DNA of 64,000 nucleotides. It comes from a virus. The stretch is taken from positions 1 through 64,000 of the IMG/VR virus record IMGVR_UViG_3300042557_001040. One strand, 5' to 3'. Under the pieces are notes generated by a model. The model worked only from the letters and a program-made list of their open reading frames with translations, was not told the origin of the DNA and searched no databases. Position 1 is the stretch's first letter; the number at the start of each line of letters is the position of its first letter. Below, one piece after another: positions 57,112-64,000 of this stretch. The translations under genes and the position numbers were made by a program.

Positions 57112-60100
57112 TCTTAGAAAAGGATTGTGATAAGCATAGCCCCCATATGCATATGATAGTTGTTGATCTGCATCTGCAACAGGGATTCTTGTGTTATTTT
57201 TTGAAGGATTGTAAGGATAAGTAGTGGCATAACCAGATCTTCTTCCTATCATATTATTCAGTATTGTTTGAGCGGCTCTATGCTTTTCTTCAGGAGTTCC
57301 TTCTATATTCTGAAGAATTTGATTATAGTTGTCTATATAAGCTTTTGCATTTTCAGGAGTGCTGCCACTAAGTTCTTGTCTTTTCATGGCTTCAAAAGCT
57401 GCTCTTCCACCATACGGATTAAACGTTAAAAGACCTGTTTTAGGATTAATAAAATAATAAGGACTTTCAGTGATGTTCATATTGTACAGTTTTGCAGCAT
57501 TTGTCATACCTGTACCAAGGGCTTGTGTAAGAGCAGTATCTGCCAATCTTTTTTCTCTTCTGTACTTGTCATTAATATTCCACCTATTTTCCCTATTTGT
57601 ATTAACTACATTTGCATTATAAGCTGCCGCATTATTCATAATGTTAGCTAAGTTTTCTTGATACCTGTTATATACACCAAGATTTCTTGTGTTAACTCCA
57701 TTAATAATATTAGCTACATTTTCTCCAGTTTGTCCTTGTAAATAAGAAAGATTTGCAGCTAAACTTTGACCAGGAAGAGATTCTTGCAATGCTCTTGCTG
57801 CAGTATTAACACCCTGATAGACATTTTGAACTGCTCCTTTCCAATCTTCCAAAGTAACATCTGGAACATATGGAGTGGCTTTTACATAGTCAAATGGTTC
57901 TTTTTTAATACCACTTCTATTAAGTAGTGCGTTTAAAGCTGATAGCTTATCTTCAGGAAGCCACCCATAGGGAGGATTCATAAAAGGAACATTTGTTTGT
58001 ACAGGAGATACTTTAGGGGCTTCTTCTTTTTTATCAGAAGGTTTTTCTTCGATTTTACCAGTTCCACCACCTGTAGGTGTAGTGCTAGGCTCATCTCCTG
58101 TATATACATATTCAGGTTCTGTTCCAGGGGTTGTTACAACTTTTCCTTTAGGATCATATAAATCCGTTGTATATGTTTTTCCATTCCAAACAAAAGTACC
58201 AAGACCTTGATTTCTAGCATTAGCAAAAGCTCTATTAAAACTTGAGCTCCCTCTGCTAGGCGCAGCACCTGCAGCAATTGTTTGAGATGTGCCAGCTACC
58301 CCTGGTTTTTCATAAAGATCTTTTATAGGAGTGGGATTGTAACCACCAGGGACACCAGATGCTCTAGGAAAAAACTTAGCTCTAATTTTTCTTTTATTGT
58401 AATCAAATTCTTTTTCAGGAGGAAACTGACTATTCTGAGTGCCTTGATATTTAGGAAGACCACCATATCTCATTTCTTCTTGTGGCATTTCTTCTTGAGA
58501 CTGTTGTTGAGGTTGAGGAGATTCTTGACTCATGCCTCCTCCCATAATATTTTCAGCAACTTTGGGAATACCCTGAGGAAATCCTTTCATAGATTCTTGT
58601 ACAACAGAAAGATAGGCAAGCTTTTCCTCATAGTTGTCTATCATTTTTTTAGCCGTGTTCTTACTTATATTGTCAGAATAAGGATCTTGAAGAACAGCTT
58701 TATATTTATTTACATCATACTTTTTAGCTATTTCAGCTGGAGTGTAACCTTTCTTAGAAGGAGACATTCCAAACATCTTGAGAACATTAGGATCTTTAAT
58801 TATCATCTTCTTTGTATCAGAATAAATAAAGGTTCCTTCTGGTACATTAAGTGGTGTGCCACCTTGAGTGTGACGTTTGCCTCCAATCTTCATGTGCTCA
58901 TTCATACCATCTCCATCCATATCTCCATAAGCAGTTTCTCCTTTCTCAGCTTCTATGTTAGCTTCTTCTCTAGGAACTTCTTGTATTGTATTTGAAGCAT
59001 TTTCATAAGTGTTGTCTGTCATCTTAGAGTAGGTGTTTCTTTGACCAAGGTCAAAACCATATCCAGATTGACCACCATATGCCATTTCTTGATTTGGAGT
59101 GCCAACAATTCTCACTCTACTCATAGACGGTGTTTCTTCAGAATCAGGTGTTTCAAGGATGCGTATTTTCATATCTTCATCTGTTTCTCCCCCCTCTTCA
59201 GAAGCAGGAAGGTTGTTTTTTATTCTAAAATATTTATCTTGAGCTTTCTTAAGATATCCTCCCCAAGTTATTTCATTTCCATAATCCTCTCTTGGAATCT
59301 TATTTAGAACTCCAGTTTTACCCTTTAAGAAGTTATTTGTAAAAGTGGGATCATACCAAGCTCCAAATATTAAAGAACCATATTTAGGAAGCAAGTCATT
59401 AACTAATGATTTAGCAACCTGTCTTTCAAAATTTGGGTCAGTATTATAAGCATTTTCAAACTCATTCCAACTCATGGATTGTTTAAAGTGCTTATTAAAT
59501 AAACCTTTACGAGTACCTTCTACAATACCCCATCTTCCCATAGCAGTGGCTCTTTGACCTTCAGGACCAACAAGTTGGGTTCTTCCACCAGTTTTTGATT
59601 TTTCTGTAGCAGCTAATGTATCTAATACAGCATCTGCATCCATTTGATTGGCATCTAATACAGTGATTTCAGAAGGATCAATTATAGTATTTCTATTATA
59701 CTTTCTTCCTTTAGGGGCAAACTTGTGAGAACTTGCTTCAGAAGATACTGGACCAGAAGAATAAGACTGAGGAACAGGTGCTTTTTGTTGAACAACAGGC
59801 ACATTAAAAAAATCAGCAGGAAGAGAAATAGGTGTACTTGGTAAATAAAGATCCCCTGTTTGACGAGGAACCTGAAGACCATCTTCTGCATAACTTATTC
59901 TAGGATGGAATTGGTTAGTCATCTGACCTTGATTCACTGTATACTGAAGATCAGGATTTTGCCAACCCTCATTTACAGTCCACATCCCCTTGTTTCTTTT
60001 TTCAACAAGTTGATTATCGGGAAGCATGTCTCTTCTATACTTTAAATCAAATTGCCTATCAACGTCTTTATTATTAAAGAAATTAGAAGCAGTTTCTGCT

Positions 60101-61110
60101 AAATTAAGTCCTGCATTTAAAGCATAATTATATGCTCCTAACTTTTGAACAAATGTTTTATTTTTAAAAGGAGAAGTTGTGTCAAAATTTATATTTGAAA
60201 TCGGTTCAGGCATTCCATAAGTCCCTGTTATAGGATTTCTAATAAAACCTTCTCCTAAATCAGTTTTTACTTGAGGAGACGCAGGAATATTTGCTGAAGA
60301 AATCGGTTCACATTTTCCTGTAAAAGGATTTTTTTGTTGACCATCTGGACAAGTTTTTCCTAAAGATTGTGAAACACCTTGCTGAAAAGCAGAATTCATA
60401 CCTTTAAAAGTAGGAGACATTTCAGTATTAAATGTGGGTTTTCCTGCTATACCAACAATACTATTTTGATATTGTGCTTTTGGCAACCCCTTTCCTGTTA
60501 TGCGCACTCTAACAGCTTCAGGTTCACCACCATATGCTTTTTGTTCAGATTTTCCTGGAGACACCCAATCAAGAAAAGGAACAACATTATTGTATCCTGC
60601 TTCATATAATCTTTGACCTCTATTATATTGACCAAAAGGATTTAAAAAAAGTCCTGGGGTATGCAAACCAACTTTTTCTATACCTTTATTTAAAACTTTA
60701 GAAGGATAACGACCTGTTTTATCAACTGCCTGAAATACTTTTTTTCCAGCCAAATAAGGTACATCAATTAACTTAGCCCCCAAACCTTTAACACCTCCAA
60801 TAACTTTTGGAGATTTTCCAATTTTTGTAATTTTTCCATAAATAGGAATTGAACCAAGAACATTCCAAGCAAGACCTAAAGTGTTTAATGCCTTATTTTT
60901 CCAACCAGGTTCATTTATTAATTTTCTAGCAGAAGAAGTTACATAAGGAAGATTTGATAAACCGGTGGGATCAAAAAAAGAAATTAAATCATCTACATCA
61001 TCTGGTTCATGCATAGCAAATTTTGTTATAGGCAAACCTAGGATAGGACCTGTGCCATAAAGTCCTTTTTGAGCTTTGGGAAGATCTTTACCTGTAATGC
61101 GTATCTTCAT
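57109..61110 (-). CDS. Modular virion cargo protein (membrane hairpin, lysozyme-like domain, EAEKGE/HxxGG domain, FxWNGKxYTT module)
   Basis: Modules separated by xAYGG/MRYGG/LPKAQ motifs; LAATE...ATAMGRWGI...GAWY muramidase-like segment. Confidence 0.7.
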   Translation of the reverse strand: MKIRITGKDLPKAQKGLYGTGPILGLPITKFAMHEPDDVDDLISFFDPTGLSNLPYVTSSARKLINEPGWKNKALNTLGLAWNVLGSIPIYGKITKIGKSPKVIGGVKGLGAKLIDVPYLAGKKVFQAVDKTGRYPSKVLNKGIEKVGLHTPGLFLNPFGQYNRGQRLYEAGYNNVVPFLDWVSPGKSEQKAYGGEPEAVRVRITGKGLPKAQYQNSIVGIAGKPTFNTEMSPTFKGMNSAFQQGVSQSLGKTCPDGQQKNPFTGKCEPISSANIPASPQVKTDLGEGFIRNPITGTYGMPEPISNINFDTTSPFKNKTFVQKLGAYNYALNAGLNLAETASNFFNNKDVDRQFDLKYRRDMLPDNQLVEKRNKGMWTVNEGWQNPDLQYTVNQGQMTNQFHPRISYAEDGLQVPRQTGDLYLPSTPISLPADFFNVPVVQQKAPVPQSYSSGPVSSEASSHKFAPKGRKYNRNTIIDPSEITVLDANQMDADAVLDTLAATEKSKTGGRTQLVGPEGQRATAMGRWGIVEGTRKGLFNKHFKQSMSWNEFENAYNTDPNFERQVAKSLVNDLLPKYGSLIFGAWYDPTFTNNFLKGKTGVLNKIPREDYGNEITWGGYLKKAQDKYFRIKNNLPASEEGGETDEDMKIRILETPDSEETPSMSRVRIVGTPNQEMAYGGQSGYGFDLGQRNTYSKMTDNTYENASNTIQEVPREEANIEAEKGETAYGDMDGDGMNEHMKIGGKRHTQGGTPLNVPEGTFIYSDTKKMIIKDPNVLKMFGMSPSKKGYTPAEIAKKYDVNKYKAVLQDPYSDNISKNTAKKMIDNYEEKLAYLSVVQESMKGFPQGIPKVAENIMGGGMSQESPQPQQQSQEEMPQEEMRYGGLPKYQGTQNSQFPPEKEFDYNKRKIRAKFFPRASGVPGGYNPTPIKDLYEKPGVAGTSQTIAAGAAPSRGSSSFNRAFANARNQGLGTFVWNGKTYTTDLYDPKGKVVTTPGTEPEYVYTGDEPSTTPTGGGTGKIEEKPSDKKEEAPKVSPVQTNVPFMNPPYGWLPEDKLSALNALLNRSGIKKEPFDYVKATPYVPDVTLEDWKGAVQNVYQGVNTAARALQESLPGQSLAANLSYLQGQTGENVANIINGVNTRNLGVYNRYQENLANIMNNAAAYNANVVNTNRENRWNINDKYRREKRLADTALTQALGTGMTNAAKLYNMNITESPYYFINPKTGLLTFNPYGGRAAFEAMKRQELSGSTPENAKAYIDNYNQILQNIEGTPEEKHRAAQTILNNMIGRRSGYATTYPYNPSKNNTRIPVADADQQLSYAYGGYAYHNPFLR

Positions 61111-61117
61111 AAGTTTA

Positions 61118-62863
61118 TTAGATTACTTCAATTTTATAACCCATTTGCTTAAGTCTTTCCACTTCAGCTCTAGAAAGATCTCCTTCCCATCCCACTTCAT
61201 AATCTTCAACTCCACCTCCTTCAGCATATCCATACTGTGACATCATGTCTTCATTACCAGCAGCCTTAAACCTGCGCTCAGCTAACCACTGAGGCATTTG
61301 ACCACCTTGCGCCATACCCATACCATACATTGCTTTATTGGGTCTATCTACAGGTTGATTAAACAGTCTTGGTATTTCAGAATGATAACCACCATATGCA
61401 AATTGACCATATTCAGGAATATATGTTCCTCCCCATTGACCACCATCATCAAACCTTAGTTTACTAAAAAGTTTTGCTGCTTTTCCTAATCCTTTAAGTT
61501 TTCCCAATTGTTGAAGAAGCTCACTTCCTTTAAAAGCTTCTTTTATTCTAGAGCCAAGGCCCAAAGCCTCTGCAGCTTCTGCAGCTTGAACAGGAATAGT
61601 AGAAGGAGCAATGGGCAGTGGTTTTCCCCAACGGGCAGCTGCCGCTCTTTGAGCATTAATAGATCTCATAGCTGCTTTTTCTTCTTCTACAGCTTGCAAA
61701 GCTGCCCTCGCATCTCTATCAGCAGATAAAGATTGTGCAAGACGTTCTTCTCCTGCAGCTTCTTGGAGCATTCTATTTGTTCTTACAACATTTTCAGCAG
61801 TGCCTGGTTTTGTAAAAGCCAATGCATTTGGAATCTCAGCTTGATCTAAAGCTTTTAATATATCTTTCTGACGTTTTGGTAATTTTTTATACCACTCTGA
61901 AGTAGTTTTAAGATCTTCAAGACTTTTACCCTGCACTTCTTTCAGTAACTCTTTAAAACCTTTACTGTCTAAACCCATTTTTGTTGCCATTTCCAACATC
62001 CTATTATAGTTTAAACGAGAGCTGCCAGGCATCATCATACTTTTTAATCTTGCTAATTCTTGAGGACTTGTATTTTTTAAATATCTTTTTCCTAAAGCAT
62101 AAGCTGCCCCTAAACCCCCTATTCCTGTACCTGTTAACACTAAAGCAGAAGGATTTATTCCTCCTGAAGGACCTGTTTTTTTAGGGGTGGGTTTATTAGG
62201 AGAAGGTTTGGGAGTAGAAACAACATTACCACTACTGTCTATAGAAACTGTAGGAATTGAATCAGGAGAAGAAACAATAGGTGAAGGTGTCACAACAGGA
62301 GGAACAGAAACAGGGGCAACAGAAGATGAGTCTGAAGAAACAACTGTTGGGGGAATTATAGCTCCAGATGTAGTTGAAACACTACTTTTATATTCTGATA
62401 AAAGATTTGGATTATTAGCAATACTGTTTATTAATTTTTTATTTTGTTGTGCAGTGCCTCTATAGTTACTAATACCTGCCGCTTGTGCAAGTTTTTTTCT
62501 AAAACTATATCCTGATTGTTTTCCTTGAGCACCTAAAAAATCAACAACACTAACTCCTTCATATGGATTTATACTAAAATTAGGAGGAGGAGGTGGTGGC
62601 GCAACAGTATATGATGCTTGTGTGTAAGGAGCAGCTGCCATTTGTTGTGCGGCTGCTTGTTGATAAGGATTAGATTGAGTGACTGGTAACTGACTTAACC
62701 AATAATCCATTGCTTCTTGCCAACTTTCATAGTCGGGGTAGTCTTGTTCTTGGGGAGCACCATAACCACCACCATTTTGATACCAAAGTGGGCCTGAGTT
62801 TGTAGAACCTTGATAGTTGCCGCCATGTGCCATATAAGGCATGTAATCATAAAAACTGTACAT
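61118..62863 (-). CDS. Modular virion protein with DUF3597-like peptidoglycan-binding domain, Pro/Ser linker and TM segment
   Basis: SVVDFL...RKKLAQAAGISNYRGTAQQNKKL; six or more phi-x-x-GG motifs. Confidence 0.7.
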   Translation of the reverse strand: MYSFYDYMPYMAHGGNYQGSTNSGPLWYQNGGGYGAPQEQDYPDYESWQEAMDYWLSQLPVTQSNPYQQAAAQQMAAAPYTQASYTVAPPPPPPNFSINPYEGVSVVDFLGAQGKQSGYSFRKKLAQAAGISNYRGTAQQNKKLINSIANNPNLLSEYKSSVSTTSGAIIPPTVVSSDSSSVAPVSVPPVVTPSPIVSSPDSIPTVSIDSSGNVVSTPKPSPNKPTPKKTGPSGGINPSALVLTGTGIGGLGAAYALGKRYLKNTSPQELARLKSMMMPGSSRLNYNRMLEMATKMGLDSKGFKELLKEVQGKSLEDLKTTSEWYKKLPKRQKDILKALDQAEIPNALAFTKPGTAENVVRTNRMLQEAAGEERLAQSLSADRDARAALQAVEEEKAAMRSINAQRAAAARWGKPLPIAPSTIPVQAAEAAEALGLGSRIKEAFKGSELLQQLGKLKGLGKAAKLFSKLRFDDGGQWGGTYIPEYGQFAYGGYHSEIPRLFNQPVDRPNKAMYGMGMAQGGQMPQWLAERRFKAAGNEDMMSQYGYAEGGGVEDYEVGWEGDLSRAEVERLKQMGYKIEVI

Positions 62864-62901
62864 AAGAATTAGTTTTATGTGCTTTTAGAGAAGCACTATT
62901 T

Positions 62902-62968
62902 GTAATATAATTTAAGCTTTTTTGTTAACATTTTAAAATTTATTATTCATTTAAACTTTTAACGTTTA
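62902..62968 (-). promoter_or_regulatory. Putative late promoter with upstream TAAAC-N7-GTTTA palindrome
   Basis: TTAAATTATATT core at about 62904-62915; TAAACTTTTAACGTTTA at 62952-62968. Confidence 0.45.
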
Positions 62969-63999
62969 ACTCCTCCTTTCTTATAATAATATTGTAAGAG
63001 TGGTCCTCCTTTTTCAGGAAGTTGTGGTATGGATATATCTCCACCATTTCTTTTTTGTGGTTTAAATTTTGGGTTATTTGGATTAAAATCGTTAAAATCA
63101 TTTGTGTTCCATATTCTACCATACCAGGTATCATAATAATCACTATTAGGAACTCCGGGAGCAGGATTATTTATATTTTGATAATACCAATCTCTTCCTC
63201 TATTTAAAAATTGTCTACGAGTATTAGCAGGTAATTTATTTATTTCTGGAGAATATTGATTCCAAATTGCATCTAATTCTGGTTTTTTCTTTGCCCACTT
63301 TCCTGGCTCTTTATTCATATCTATATTAAAAGACCCTCTATTAGGAATACCCTCTTGCCCTTTAGACTTTAAATACTGATCTAACATGTAGATTCTAGGA
63401 TCACGTCCAGAATTGAATATAAAATCCATTGCTTCTGCTGATTCCATTGCACTAGCATTAGGCATAATTTTTTTAACTTCTGGATATATTTTATTCATTA
63501 ACATATTCATATACTTAGAATCAGCATACTCAGGAAGAGGTGCTCCACCTGGCCCTCCTCTTAGCTGTTCATAACTAAGTATTTTACCTGCTTGATGTCT
63601 TACACTATCTTGTGTAGTTAAATCCTTACCTGTTTGTGCTTTTGGTAATTTTAATGTAGATATATCTCCACCATTATTAAATGTAGGAACACCATATCCT
63701 TTGTTGTAATAGTATCTATTAGCTTGACCACCTTCAGCAAACTTAGATATACCACCACTGTATGAATTGCTATCTCTATCTCTTCTATTCTGTCTAATTA
63801 CAGCATCTAAGCTTAAAGGTTGTCTTGGGTTCACTGAACCACCATTTTTAAAATGATAGTTCAAACCTGCACTAAAAGAAGGTTGAAATTGATTTATCCC
63901 TGCAATAGGAACTCTAACATTTGTAATATTAGCTCCACCTGTAAAACCAAATCTATTGTTAAGTCTTAAATTTCCTTGTGCACCTGCTCCTAAAATGTT
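62959..63999 (-). CDS. Partial (5' end outside window) modular protein: beta-barrel-like terminal strands plus GH108-like lysozyme module
   Basis: The frame is open from 63864 to the window edge; MDFIFNSG...RDWYY...WYGRI resembles GH108/PG_binding_3; FSAGLNYHF beta-signal-like segment. Confidence 0.7.
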   Translation of the reverse strand, partial: NILGAGAQGNLRLNNRFGFTGGANITNVRVPIAGINQFQPSFSAGLNYHFKNGGSVNPRQPLSLDAVIRQNRRDRDSNSYSGGISKFAEGGQANRYYYNKGYGVPTFNNGGDISTLKLPKAQTGKDLTTQDSVRHQAGKILSYEQLRGGPGGAPLPEYADSKYMNMLMNKIYPEVKKIMPNASAMESAEAMDFIFNSGRDPRIYMLDQYLKSKGQEGIPNRGSFNIDMNKEPGKWAKKKPELDAIWNQYSPEINKLPANTRRQFLNRGRDWYYQNINNPAPGVPNSDYYDTWYGRIWNTNDFNDFNPNNPKFKPQKRNGGDISIPQLPEKGGPLLQYYYKKGGVKR

Positions 64000-64000
64000 T

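Noticed and set aside
58282-58995. 237-aa plus-strand ORF and other antisense ORFs inside large genes
   Set aside because: Shadow frames with Phe/Ile/Ser-rich composition, no motifs, fully nested in well-supported genes.
62959-63864. ORF-track start at 63864
   Set aside because: It is an internal TTG; the frame stays open to the window end, so the gene is partial.
33990-64000. Stop-codon reassignment as in some crAss-like phages
   Set aside because: Giant ORFs are intact under the standard code, and TGA and TAG both appear to terminate genes in the window.
1-64000. Prophage or host chromosomal segment
   Set aside because: No integrase, att-like boundary or housekeeping synteny; the host-like genes are embedded in phage operons.

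Overview
A 64-kb segment of an AT-rich dsDNA phage genome of the crAss-like (Crassvirales-type) kind. The host is most likely a Bacteroidota: starts are A-rich without Shine-Dalgarno motifs, TAnnTTTG promoter boxes occur, and there is an SprB-repeat gene. The standard genetic code gives intact giant ORFs. Four alternating blocks: (1) 1-10650, mostly + strand accessory genes (receiver-less PhoB/OmpR wHTH, a DUF6915/DUF6878/DUF6745/DUF4241-like cluster, SF2 helicase, NinB-like, Ung, MoxR-AAA plus VWA); (2) 10707-20119, - strand structural/lysis genes (1653-aa signal-peptide beta-helix/SprB protein, paralogous accessory proteins, M15 endolysin, spanin/holin candidates) preceded by a cloverleaf-shaped leader RNA candidate; (3) 20356-33978, + strand replication genes (DnaB, AAA_24, SSB-like, DnaG, HNH, PD-(D/E)XK exonuclease, PolB, DUF932, dNMP kinase, spore-photoproduct-lyase-like radical SAM, MazG); (4) 33990-64000, - strand virion cargo genes, including a 5129-aa DFDID-type virion RNA polymerase. 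The most striking pattern is in the last three cargo genes. Small modules (muramidase-like, peptidoglycan-binding, membrane, outer-membrane beta-barrel end) are separated by a recurrent [YFMA]-x-x-G-G / LPKAQxG motif, suggesting a protease-processed or signal-tagged polyprotein system. No tRNA, rRNA, CRISPR or integrase was seen. All family assignments come from motif recognition by eye; no database search was run.
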